A stretch of 64,000 bases of DNA, taken from assembly GCA_964188305.1 (NCBI GenBank), contig OZ076889.1. One strand, written 5' to 3'. A program made the position numbers and the translations under genes. This DNA comes from Podarcis bocagei (taxonomy: Eukaryota). Below the pieces are notes generated by a model. The model did not search any database. It saw only the letters and a program-made list of their open reading frames with translations, and was not told the origin of the DNA. Shown in pieces: positions 1 through 12,216 of this stretch (position 1 is its first letter; each line of letters starts with the position of its first letter).

Positions 1-1607
1 GGGCAAGGAGATAACATTTGGCATTCAGGGAGGAAGAAAGTAGAGAGATTACTGTTTGTGTAGTAGAAGGACCTGGTTTCCGAAGCATCTATGGCTAAAG
101 GGTTTTAGGTAGCTGGGCAAGGAAGGACATCTCCTCCTATTAATCCTAAAGGGTGAGGTGGACTAATATCCTACTCAGTATGGGAAAGCAGCCTTTGGGA
201 TCCTTGTCTATGCCAGCTAGAGGGGAAATGTGCCTAAACAGTGGCATTCTTGTACATTCCACGCAAAGGCGTAGGAAATGTGAAAGAAAGGGAGTTGGAA
301 ATAGGGTATCTTTCTCGCTGGTCTCCAGCAGGAAGCAACGGATATTGACCAAGCTGTGTTTGAAACTTTTCAGTTGAATGCACATTCTCTAATATCACTT
401 TGTCAGTTACTTCAGCCGTTTAAGGAACAACTTAAACACTGTCTGCCATCTCTTCACATGTTGCAACAGTAAGTCCACTTGAGTCCATAGTTCCTGAAAG
501 CGAACAAAAAAACATGAATTTATTTTAATCCAAACACGCACAACGAGGAGTGTCATATTAATGGTTTTATGCATCTATTATACGACGTATCCAGATAACA
601 CATGTATATGCTGTCTGAGTAGAATTCTTAATTTTTTTAGTTCTATTGGTACTGAAGCAGTTCCATATTCCTGATTAATTTTGGGCCTTTACAGCTGTAT
701 CCTGTTTAAGATGAGGGAGACCTGAACAGGAAACTATTGTTCTGTGGGTGGATGCACCACGTATTTGCAAAATGCAGTGCAACATTCTCTATCCTTTATA
801 TAACTCTCAGGTGTCAGTATTGTGCCGTCCACTTTTGAATTCATTGGTTTAAAAACCCCTAGGCATTTGCTCACTGAACTTGCACTGCAGTGATAAGTCA
901 ATTCCCCAAACCACTCTGCTATTAGACAAAGGAGGTTCTTAGAAGAAGAGGCTAGGGTAAGAAACCCACCTGGAATTTCTTCATTCTAAGTAGAGGCATG
1001 TTGCACTGTGTGTGTGTGCAGATTTTGTATATACTCACGAGTACTTCTATTATTAGTTCACATAGTCTGCCCTCTCCGCCCATAAAATAAAATGCTAGAC
1101 TGAGAGAGCTGGTATCATCTGACTCACTTAGACACTGGATGCCTGCCTCTCATCACAACAGGAGTCACCCTAAAATCCACAATATGCCTCTTTACAGGAT
1201 CAATGTTGCCAGATCAAATATCTCAAAATCAGGATACAATGTAGTGTCAGTAGTCAGGCATAGGACAGGAAGATCACCCTTAGTGAACTCAATACATATG
1301 TATATTAGATATATATATTTAATGACAGAGATCTGAAACATTCTGTGATACTAGTGTGCTGACATCACAGGGAAATCCAAATGCGGCTGACCTCCATCTT
1401 ATCATGTGAGTCCATACTGTGTAATAACCCAACCTCCCCGCCCCAGGTAGGCAATTTTGTGGCAAGCCAAGCAGAAAACGGAGGAAAAGCAGCACTTCCC
1501 TCATTTGTGAGAGGCTCATTAGCAGAGCTCTTCTTGGAGTCTAATGATCGGAGCCCTTTTAAATGATATTTTATATTATCCCTACCCTTCTTGCTAACTT
1601 CAAACAT

Positions 1608-1686
1608 GTGTTTTGTTTTGTTTCTTAAAAGGATCCGCTGGGTTCTTTTTTTGTTTTGTTTTGTTTTTGCTTGTTTTGTTTTGTTT
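1608..1686. repeat. (TTTTG)n-like low-complexity tract
   Basis: Direct read. Confidence 0.8.
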
Positions 1687-2624
1687 CAGGTAAAACCCAA
1701 TCATTAAAATTCAGCCCCCGTCTCTTGCATCTGCTTCGTCTTTGCCAAATGAATTGCAGGGTGAGAGAAAAGCGATTGCATTCAAATCACAGATGGGGTG
1801 CAGGTTTTTGGAAGAAATTTGAGAAACACCATTGTCCCGAATCAAAACTCAGTCCTTTGCTCCACAAAGGGGGTTGCTTTAAGCCCTCCGAGTTCTATGG
1901 CACTTGTTTTTTAAACTTTCAGGGTCTCACACAATGGCCTGCCACCTAAATGTCACAACCACTCTAATTCCAAGTGTGTCTCTTTCACTTAAAAAAAAAA
2001 TTGGGTGGAGGCAGCAAAATCGAGGGGAGTGAAGGGCAGAATCATCACGCACAAGTTTCCCCTTCATTGCCAGGCCATGGTCTGTTGGTAGGAACTGGGT
2101 GAAGTGGGATCCAATGCTTGAGTCAAAGTTGACCAACGGACAATGACCCTACCTTTGAAGGACATTCTTCACAGGATTCGCAAGGTAATGTGATTGAAAG
2201 GACTTTATATGAGCCAGCCCTGAAGGAGATGCAGCACTAAGAAAGGAAGAGAGCAACTCTAGGCATGTGCAAGATGCATCTCCCAATGCAATGACTAGCC
2301 AGTAGCAACTCCCCACCCCCAGTTGACTCTTGGCATGCATGTGTGCATGCGCACACACACAGACAAGGTGAGCCTTTCTCACTACTCAGGTGCCCACAGT
2401 GGAACTGGGATTATTATTCAAAGTTGAAAGAGTAAGGCCAGATTGTATCTCCATCCTAAAATGTTTATGAAGGAGCAGGTGTATCCTAACAGGCATCTAG
2501 GCACTACAATTCACCTCAATTTATGGAATCCAACAGTTACTTAATTTGCAGCAAAGGAAGGATGGGCACTTTATCATTAGCAATTAGTTGATGTCACAGT
2601 GGCACCAAGGTTGTAAGAGATCTA

Positions 2625-2930
2625 TTGGTGTGGCAGCACACATACTTCGAAACTCCCTGCCTGATGACATTAGGCAGGTGCTCTTTTTGAAGTCTGTCAA
2701 AAACATTTTTGTCTAGGCAAGCCTATCCAGAGATATAGAATGATGATGTGTGTTTTAATCAGTTTATTAAGCTTATTGATGATAGTGTTTTTAAATATTC
2801 TAAATAGGTTTTTTTAAACTGTATTTTACGGGTAATTTTATTCTCTTTTATTCTCTTTACGGATAATTTTTATTCTCTGTAAACCACATTGGGGTTTTAT
2901 GATAACCAAGTAGTATATAAATCTTATGAA
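2625..2930 (+). mobile_element. L2 LINE 3' fragment
   Basis: GGTGTGGCAGCAC...AACTCCCTGCCTGATGACATTAGGCAGG followed by an AT-rich 3' UTR. Confidence 0.6.
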
Positions 2931-3011
2931 GTAAAAAACTTAGTAGAGAAGGACAAGTTGGGATGGTAGAATTGGAACCTGAATTTCACATACAGCTTGG
3001 TGGACACTGAG

Positions 3012-3163
3012 GGTTGAAGGTCTCAGGTTTGATCCTTGGCATCGCCATTTAAAAGGGACCCAGGCAGCTTATGTCTGAGATCCTGAAGGTTTACTTACTG
3101 CTAGTCAGAAGACTGGGGAAAGATGGGCCAATGGTTTGATGTTATAAAGCAGCCTCCTATGTT
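3012..3163 (+). mobile_element. Decayed tRNA-derived SINE (a second squamate family); antisense remnant near 40640-40780
   Basis: GAAGGTCTCAGGTTTGATCCTTGGCATC (B-box-like) ... AGATGGGCCAATGGTTTGA...ATAAAGCAGCCTCCTATGTT. Confidence 0.55.
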
Positions 3164-3316
3164 TATCAGTGCCTGTACATCAGGGACTTCTGAATGAAAG
3201 CTTAAGAGTGATGGTGAAGCTATTCACTAAAATAAGGGGCAGATAATAACTTGTTCCAGGTAATTTTACTGGGATTTTGAGAGCCTCTCTTGTTCCTATT
3301 CTACATAACACACCTA

Positions 3317-3878
3317 AAGGTAAAGGGACCCCTGACCATTAGGTCCAGTCGCGGACAACTCTCGGGTTGTGGCGCTTATCTTGCTTTACTGGCCGAGGGA
3401 GCCGACGTACAGTTTCTGGGTCATGTGGCCAGCATGACTAAGCCACTTCTGGCGAACCAGAGCAGCGCACAGAAGCGCCGTTTACATTCCCGCCAGAGCG
3501 GTACCTATTTATCTACTTGCACTTGACGTGCTTTCGAACTGCTAGGTTGGCAGGAGCAGGGACTCTATGCAACGGGAGCTCACCCCGTTGCAGGGATTTG
3601 AACCGCCGACCTTCTGATCGACAAGCCCTAGGCTCTGTGGTTTAGATAGATAGATAGATAGATTCTTTATTGTCATTACACTAGTGCAACATTGCACAAG
3701 TGCAACGAAATTGGATGCCATCCCTTAAAAACAGTAAAAGCAAAACAACAACAACAACCAAACAAACCACCTTCCAACCACACCCACACCCACCCCCCAA
3801 AACTCCCAGATCTCACTATCGAGTTACAGCATTCAAAAAGGCCACAGCGTTTAGACCACAGCGCCACCCGCATCCCTT
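3317..3878 (-). mobile_element. Sauria SINE, full length, interrupted by a nested LINE fragment
   Basis: Minus-strand tRNA-like head GGGATGCGGGTGGCGCTGTGGTCTAAAC, B box GGTTCAAATCC (3594-3604), characteristic core CCTAGCAGTTCGAAAGCAC...AGATAAATAGGTACC and an ACCTTT tail. 13-bp TSD cataacacaccta at 3304-3316 and 3879-3891. Confidence 0.92.
3647..3848 (-). mobile_element. 5'-truncated Rex1/Babar-like LINE 3' end nested in the Sauria SINE
   Basis: Minus strand reads the last ORF codons AVAFLNAVTR* (3848-3816), then a 3' UTR ending TTTCGTTGCAC...GTAATGACAATAAAGAA and a (TCTA)n tail. 7-bp TSD gtttaga at 3640-3646 and 3849-3855. Family assigned from the 3'-end pattern only. Confidence 0.75.
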
Positions 3879-4251
3879 CATAACACACCTACTCACATAG
3901 TAATTGTTGCCCCAGTAACTCTCAGGGCATTAAACATTCTCCAGGAATGTGATGGATAAACATCACCACCATGTGCACTTAAATAAGAATTTCTTGCTAG
4001 AAGATGCAGATGTAAAACATCATTTTTGAGCATATACTTTCCCAAACCCTAAGAAAAGCCCGTTCTTTCTGAGTTAGATAAATCATTCCAGTTCATGGCA
4101 TGTATAGCTGACTCTCATCTGATGGTCCTTTAACAGAGGAGATTGTTTATTTTGCTTGCAAGGGTGGAGGCAGAAGCGAGAATGTTTTCAGAAAGATGGG
4201 GAAGTTGAAGGCAATGATGAAAGGGAAATTTGATCTGATGGGGGCACAATG

Positions 4252-4253
<2 letters not shown>

Positions 4254-4286
<33 letters not shown>
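4254..4286. repeat. (GT)n microsatellite, about 16 units
   Basis: Direct read. Confidence 0.95.
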
Positions 4287-4287
<1 letters not shown>

Positions 4288-6944
4288 CTGCTGTTGGGGT
4301 GGATGCTAGGCGGGGCTTGCTTCATTTGCCTTGCAAGTGGTGCTGATGCAACAACAACAACACCTATCTTTGCTTGTGGGCAGTGGCTCATGCAAAGTGC
4401 CAGGTTCTGTGCTGTGGTCTAGATTCTGTGCAACAGGGGAGCACACAGAAACATACAGAACACCACAGCCCTGATCATTATATTTTCAATTATACTAAAT
4501 CCTTTTGGGCTCGGGGCACCTGAGAATTAGTAGCTCCTTCTCTTTAACATCCACATATGCCGGGGGGGCGGGGTTGAGGAAGCCACTGCACAGATATATG
4601 GTTCCACTTTACAGAAGGTAGATTGTAGCTCTGTACATGTGCGTATGGGGGGGGCAGGGGGGAGAATTATTTATTTAATTAGAACCCATTAGGTGCTTCT
4701 CTTTTTGCACCATGCTCTCCATTGCTATGTTTAATGCTGGTTTTAGTTGTTTGTTGGACTTTCTGCTTTGCCTCTTGTTTTGTTGTTTATGTTTAAGGGG
4801 TTTAACAATTGTGCATTGTATCTTATTGTCTGTGTAAACTTGGCAAATTTCGATAGATGGGCAGAATAAACATGATATGAATGAATGAAACTGGGAGCCA
4901 CAGGTAATTGTCTGAAAGAGCAAGGCAGTCCACTACCCAATCCAAGGATTGCTTAGCATCAGTATTGATTGGGGGTTCCTTGCTCTTTCAGACACACACT
5001 CACTGGTTTCTGAGAAAGTTTAGCTCTTTGTGAATATGAACTTCTTGGTTCCCTCAGATGTGAGTCCCAGGGAAAATTTCAGGCTTATGATGAAGACTTG
5101 ACCAGGTAGGAAGTGAAGGCATTTGAAATATCCAGTTAACTCCTGGTGCCTTAAACAAGAGAGGCTGCAGCTTACAAGAAGTGTTATGCAAGCACTATAA
5201 TAATTTGGGTGCAGAGTTCCTCATAAATGCCAGTAACCTTAAAGAAAATACAAGTAAAGATAAGCTAATTAATTGTTCAGTAAGCTAATGAATTGTTCAG
5301 TAATTTAATTCAGTGTTTTTGCCTAATTTTTGACAGCAGTTGCTAGATCAACATTGCAACAATAGCAGACACTACCAAACAGTGTTCCCTGTGTAATGCA
5401 ATTTCATTCTGAACTAAGGAGCACCATTATATTCAATGGAACGGTGAGGTTCTTAAATGAGACCTCCCTTGAAGCAAATGGATATTTGTAATCCTATACT
5501 CTAGGAAAGGGGGGGGGATTGAAAGCTTGGTTTCTCAGCATCATCATATTGGGTGTGTGGCTCTCTAGATCAGCTCTTCTAAGAGGATTGTTGTCCTGTG
5601 CATTCCTGAGGCATAGAGGGTGAGCTGGAGGCATTCTCCACCCCCTCCCATCCTTCACCCCCCAACACAAACAGAAGTTGAGAAGATGAGACACCCTTAT
5701 TTGGGGCACAGCTGTTTAAGATGTAAAGACGCTTTAAGCATTTGGGAGCTGCTGCTTATAGCTCTGAGAAAGTAAACTTTGAATGACCCTCCAGGTTAGT
5801 TTAGTCTGGGATCTGAGAGCTGAAGGGTGGTAGAACCAGACTATGGGTTTTCCCGCCAACAAAGTGGGGGTGGGGGTGGGTGTCGTATCACTTCCCCTGG
5901 AAATGTGTGTTATCTTTAGGGCTGGGCAGCCCCCCCCCCAGGCAGAAATTGACAGAAGTCTTTTCTTCCAGCAGGGAAGGCTGCCCAGGAGCGAGGAACA
6001 AGGCACATCTTGTTGTATAGTTGTGCAATGCACAGAGAGAGGCCTGCTCTCTCCTAGCACAGCAGAGCATAAAACGAAGCAGGGTGTTTTCTGATCTCTC
6101 TCCTTATCCACCCATCAAAAATGTGTGCACATGTAGGCTGAGGGTGTCATTTCATGACCAGAAGTCCATGCTAAAATATAAACACAAGGCGCTGCCAGAC
6201 AGCATGCTTTCCTATGTGTTATATTAAAATTTGAGGGCAAACGTTCACCTTTTGGTCTGTTATGCTCTTGAGCAACTGGGTCAGCATTCCCTTCTCCCGA
6301 TCTCAGCGTTCTGCCTCCCCACCCTCATCCCAGCAGCCACAGGGACCTAGTTGGTAGCAATTATTCTTACTAGATCTTTTACCTGCCCTTCACTGAAGAG
6401 TCCAAGGGTGGGTTACAGCAATATAGAAGTACAGCTTTAAAAACGGTTTTAAACAAATGCATGCCACCTGAAGCCGCAGTTAATCTAGAACAATGACCTG
6501 AATGATACCCTACACTGGACTGATTTTTGAAAGATAACCTGCATAACTTTGTCTCTTTGATAAGGTCCCACTTCCCCCTGCCACTCAGCACCCAGGCCAT
6601 ATCCACACTGCCTGCAGTTTGAGGCTTCATGGGAGAAATAGTGATAAAACAAGTAGCTCTCTTTTAAACAGCAGTTATACAGTGCATGAGAAAGAATACA
6701 GAATCCAAGCAAAAGAAGAGGAACCATTCAGCATGGGTGGGCCTCACTCCAAACTAGCAGCCAGTAGTGATTCATAAACAAGTACCAAATGAAGGATAAT
6801 GACTTTCTGTAGTGAGTAATTTTCAGGATCTCTTGAGACTAAATTCCACAGTCTAAAAGTTGTTAATCAGTTCCAAAATGGCAGCTTCATACTGGAGCCT
6901 GGCTCTGAAGTTTGGAGTCGCCATACTCCAACAATAAAGTTTGT

Positions 6945-7335
6945 TTGTTGGTTTGTTGCACTTACTGGTCACCTTCTTTATTACAAAAAGTAAGCCTAAG
7001 TGACTTACAATAAAATACAAAAAAGATAATCCAATCTAAAATTAAAACAACAGAAAAGCAAAAAATATTCATATACATAAAAGGCAGTCCAACACATCCC
7101 ACCAACTAAAGGAGGCCACAATATCTAAAACTTTACAAATTACAGGCCAAAAGCATGGCTGAAAAGCAATGTTTTTTCCTGGTGCCTAAAAGCAGCCATT
7201 GGTGCCAGGCATGCTTCTCTGGGGAGAGCATTTTGTAAGTAGGGAACCACCACTAAAAAGGCCTCTTCTCATGTTGTCAAGAGAGGGCACATAGAGGAAG
7301 ACCTCAAATGATAAATGCAGGGTCCAGGTTGGTCC
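6945..7335 (-). mobile_element. L2 LINE 3' fragment
   Basis: Reverse complement contains AGGCCTTTTTAGTGGTGGTTCCCTACTT...ATGCTCTCCCCAGAGAAGCATGCCTGGCACC. Confidence 0.65.
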
Positions 7336-8200
7336 AGGGAGAGTCCATTGTCAAGCTCCCACAACTACATGGTTACAAAGCAAAGGCTACAAAAACAAAA
7401 GAAAAATCTCTCTTGCTGAACAGTTTAGGGACAGATTTATCATTACATCTATTTCTGACATCCAAGTGTGAGTGCAGATGCTTACATAGCCCAAACAGCC
7501 CTACAGCCCCACAAAAGGGAGGTATTAGCAGGCTCAGCTGAGTCCTAGGGTTCACCAAAGTACAACAAAACTGTTGGAAAGGGCTGTGAGGGGGCCATGG
7601 AATGCAGACTATTTGTTTCATGTGGAAGAACCAGATAAGAAGGGGAATCAAATGGAGTATTATGGAGAGGGGCATGGCTGCATCACCTGACTGGAATAGT
7701 GAGCAGGAGAACTACACACTGCAATGTTTTTTGTAGGTTCCAGTTGTGTTATGATCTGAAATTATGTACATTTTTTCTAGCACAAATCCAAGAGTTGCAA
7801 AGTGAGTCTTTAATAAGAGTCCATTACCTCCTTTTTTACCTCCTTTTCCAATTTAAAAATCCCCTCACATTGTGCTAACTTTAAATATAAGCATGAGCCT
7901 GAATAACGTCTAGTATATTTCTCTTGTTTCATTGGTAGAATATATGCCCCATGACATACTGAAATCCTGTATTTCTGAGGAAACTGGCTGCTAGTTTCAT
8001 GCTCAGGTTCTGCAGGGACTTTCTCATTGGTCAGCCTTTCAAATAATAATTATTTTTAATGGTGCATTCAAATAAGGACATAACCAGAGCAGATGATAGT
8101 TTAGCATTATCTGGAGCAGGGGATGTTCAGGCAATCATTTGCAGAGTTACCTGTTACCTGTCATAAACATCATTTCCCTCTCCTGCTTTTATTGTTTTAC

Positions 8201-8241
8201 TTCCTCCTCCTCCTCTTCTTCCTCTTCTTCCTCCTCCTCCT
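8201..8241. repeat. (TCC/TCT)n tract
   Basis: Direct read. Confidence 0.85.
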
Positions 8242-9514
8242 TGTTGCAGTGACACCACTTTTATTTATTTATTTTGAACCCATTTTTCATTCATATCATT
8301 TCCCAAAGCAGGGCACAGTAAGATTCATATCATTTAATAAGATTTAAATAAGATTTAACCACTTGTTGAAAAGGGTTAGGTTCACAGATCTGTCACACTG
8401 TGATAGGAAGCTGATTTGAAAGCTTAGGAACTTCTATCCCAAATGCTTGTTTGGCAGTGGCCTCTATCCCAACAGATGCTGGGACCGCCCATTCGAGATG
8501 TGGCAAGTAACTGAAAAGAAAAGATCACAAAGGCAACTTTGCCTGTTCAATTACTTGAGAGGAAGCATGAGTCAAGCAGGGACTTGTTCATATTGAGCTA
8601 AAAGCAGGGGCCCATTGTCTTCCCCTTTTAGCTGCTGTCTCAATTTACCCGAGGCAGGAGAAAGAAGACTTGGTAGTTGAAGCAGCTCTAGCAACTTAGT
8701 GGAATGGCCTTTTCTGCTAAGGAGGATGTTGGGACCGCACGTCCCATCATTCCTATAGGAAAGTGTTAAAAACATGAGTGATGCGGGATGAGACCAAAAG
8801 TCTGTCTAGTGCAGCATCCTTTTTTCCACAATGGCTAGATACCCACAAGCAGGACAAGAGAGCAATAACCCTCTCCCACCATTGCTCCCTAGCAGCTGGT
8901 GTTCATAAGCATGCTGCCTCTACTCTGGAATTCCAATTGTATAATTGGAAGGGACCTTGAAAATCATCTCGTCAAACTTCCTGCTCCATGGTAGTTGGTA
9001 GTCTCAGTCCACTTCTTGGCAGGAAAGGAAGCTCTGCTGCCTTCACTTTCCCCTTCTTCTGACCTAGGAAATTTGAGAGGGTACTGGGGAGGGGCAAGAT
9101 AAGGTGCTCAAGCATCCGTTCATGTTCGTGTACCCTTGCTAGGAGTATATGCAAAAGGGCTCAAGCCCATTTGGGGGTAAACACAGTGGTCCTTGTGGAA
9201 CCCTAGTTAACATTCCCGGATCTTTAAGGATGGGAACTAACTTAAGGAACTATCCTGAGCCTAGACTTTGAAGGTGTGCACTACCAGCTTGAGTTTAGCT
9301 TGGAAGCAATAATAAGTAAGTAAGTAAGTAGTACATGCCCCTTGCAGCTAATGTAAGATATTAATCTGGCTGCTCCATTTTGGACTAGCTGCAATTTCTC
9401 AGTAGCCTTCAAGGACAGCCCCTTGTAGAGCATGTTTCACACAATGCATTTGTGTCATCTTTAAAATTGGCACAAGCCCCTCTATCTGTTTAAGCAAGTG
9501 TAGGGAAACAAATA

Positions 9515-9757
9515 CAGTCATATCTTGAGTTGAATGCGCTTCGGGTTGAGCGCGTTCGAGTTGCGCTCCGCGGCAACCTGGAAGTAACGGAGCACATTAC
9601 TTTTGGGTTTTGCTGCTTGCGCATGCGCACTCAAAATGATGTCACACGCATGCGCGGAAGCGGCGGCACGCTCAGACACGCCATCGCGTCTTTCATTCCG
9701 TTCGGGATGTGAACGGGGCTCTGGAATGGATCTCGTTCGCATCCCGAGGTACCACTG
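9515..9757. mobile_element. Tc1/mariner-pogo (Tigger-like) MITE, 243 bp, CpG-rich
   Basis: TA flanks at 9513-14 and 9758-59; ends CAGTCATATCT... / ...CGAGGTACCACTG; related in inverted orientation to 18388-18603. Confidence 0.85.
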
Positions 9758-11109
9758 TATTTTATTTAGTGACCCTCACATCAACCATTAACTGTTAACT
9801 TGTTATTTATTCAAATGTCTCAAAGGGCACATAAATTGGGCCAGGAAGCGCTTACCGATATCTCTGATTTTTACTATGTGATAAAGAACTCAGAGGAAAT
9901 ATTTTCTAGTAATGGCAGTAGCTGTTAAATTTGCCATTCCATCTCTGGCAGTAAAATCGTTTGGGCCAACCCTAGTTGTTTACCATATACATATTTAGCC
10001 AGGTTTGTAGAGTTCAGATTAGATCCTTCCCCTTTCTTCCTTTCTTCCTGGTTCCCAAGTGTAATATCAGGATTGTGTGGCTTGGTAGCAAACTTTGTAG
10101 GTTTGCTGTAGTCGGATGGGGGTATTTGAATTGTAGGAGAGTCACCCTGAGTGAGTCTACTTCAGACTGAGGTGAAAATTCTAAGGGTGTTGGTAGTTCA
10201 AGAATAGACAGATCAGTGGGGTTGCCTTTGGGGTCTGGAGACTGATCAGACTTCATCCAAAGGAGAAGGGTGTCTTTTGTGGTTCAGATAGCCATCTGGC
10301 CTTTCTGATAGACTGAGGAAACCTTTTGAGATTAGGTCCACTACAGTTAAAATGGAACAATGCTGTTTAGACTTCAGATGAGCACTTGGTATTATTAGCC
10401 AACAGAAATAAATGACTTGCAGTCTGGACAGGCCTCTTCACCAATGGACTTTTGGGGTTCCAAAATGTGTCTGGCTTCTGTCAAAGAGAGAGGTGACTTT
10501 TTGGGTTACATTGAGCATCTAGAGTAAATACAAGTTCTGCATTTTAGAAGATTATTAATAGCATTCAAATGGGACCCATATGACATACCACCTTAATTTC
10601 TATTCAGCCCAACCCCTTAAAAAAGCACAGCAAATACAGTAAGCCTGAAACCTATTGGTTTCGATACAAATATAAATTGCAACATCCACACTGAATGTAT
10701 AAACAAAAGTAACATCATGAAACCGAGCAAGATTGAAAGCAACAGGCTCTTTCCATGAAAAAACCCTGAAATGATTTAAATAAATCTTAATATACCAATA
10801 TGTTCCTGCAAGTTGGGTGTAGATCATTGACATTCAGGGTGAACATGGACTATAAAGCCTTCATTAAAAGACAAAGGCCCCCAAACAATGCTGATAGGTT
10901 TTAGATTTGATCTATTTTCATCCTTAATTTCCTGGCAGTTAGAGACTTAAAGCTATGGGGCTATCTGTTTAGCCCATTTTAGTGTTGGCTAAGCTCAAAA
11001 ATCTTCTTGGATGTTTTAACTGTGTATTGACAATTGTACTTTTTTCTGACTGACGGTCGAATAAAAGGTTGATGATGATGACTTAAAGCAGTTTGCCATC
11101 TGGTTACCT

Positions 11110-11340
11110 AAGGAGAGCCTACATCCATCGCTCCCTGCCTGTAATCTAAGATCTGCATTAGAGGTCTTGCCATGTGTGCCTATTGTGAAATCAGTATGGT
11201 CGATGAGCACACAAGACAGGGCTTTCTCAGTGGTGGCTCCATTTTATGGAACTCTCTTCCAGTTAACATTTACTTGGCCCGCTGAGTTTTGGTATTCAAT
11301 AAAGGCTTTAAATCTTATCTTTTTACTATTGCCTTTCTTT
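11110..11340 (+). mobile_element. L2 LINE 3' fragment
   Basis: DRAFSVVAP motif (ORF track 11167..11355). Confidence 0.65.
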
Positions 11341-11950
11341 AAAATACAAGTGTAGCCAATGTACAACAAACTGCCAGTCTCCTCTGAGCAAGTGGAACTA
11401 TACAAACACATAGAAGTATTTTCTGAGAGCTGCAGTGCAGTGTTGGAAAAACATTTTCCCAACCTCTTGCGCACAAACTTTGTGTAAAGTGGCTTAGGGC
11501 ACAAAGGGAAGCTGAGCAGGTTCACTTCTGTCAAGTGGCTTGATGGAAGATTTCCTCTTGGTAACACGAGGGAAGAAAGGTGGAATATAATGTAGCAAAT
11601 AAAATAAATAAAAGCCTAGCTTTGTTTTGCTTCTTTTTTTTTTAAAGACACCCTCTTATTAAAATATGCATTTTCCCCTCCATGGAGCTGAGCTTAATGC
11701 AGGACTTTGTATAATACGGAATGACCCATACCAAGATAGCAACAATTCTGAGTAGATGCACACTTCACTTTCTGAGTGCATCTTGAAGCTCAGTTAAAAC
11801 GTTGCTTATTTGCAAAACACCAGAAAATGCAGGAGGAGAATTGATGATGTGTATGTTGGAATAGGTGGCAGGCTTGTAATATGCAGAATTCCAAAATAAG
11901 TTCAGAAGCACATCCCTCTACTGGTGAGTTGAACTGACCAGTTGCCAATA

Positions 11951-12192
11951 CAGTGGTACTTCGGGTTACATACGATTCAGGTTACAGACACTTCAGATTA
12001 CAGACTCCGCTAACCCAGAAATAGTACCTCGGGTTAAGAACTTTGCTTCAGGATGAGAACAGAAATCATGCTCCGGTGGCGTGGCAGCAGCAGGAGGCCC
12101 CATTAGCTTAAGTGGTGCTTCAGGTTAAGAACAGTTTCAGGTTAAGAACGGACCTCCAAAACGAATTAAGCACTTAACCTGAGGTACCACTG
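11951..12192. mobile_element. Tc1/mariner-pogo (Tigger-like) MITE, 242 bp
   Basis: TA TSD; TIR CAGTGGTACTTCGGGTTA / TAACCTGAGGTACCACTG; internal GGTTAAGAAC/GGTTACA repeats. Confidence 0.9.
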
Positions 12193-12216
12193 TACACATT
12201 TATTGCTACTTAAGTA

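Noticed and set aside
1-3000. DMRTA2 coding sequence or promoter
   Set aside because: No DM-domain (C2H2C4-type) translation and no CpG island in the window; the gene is only expected from synteny.
3594-3878. tRNA gene
   Set aside because: The A/B boxes belong to a SINE head; no cloverleaf.
5865-5885. G-quadruplex-like G runs (also 4561-4580 and 13433-13445)
   Set aside because: Isolated, only marginally meeting the four-tract pattern or lying inside repeats, with no supporting context.
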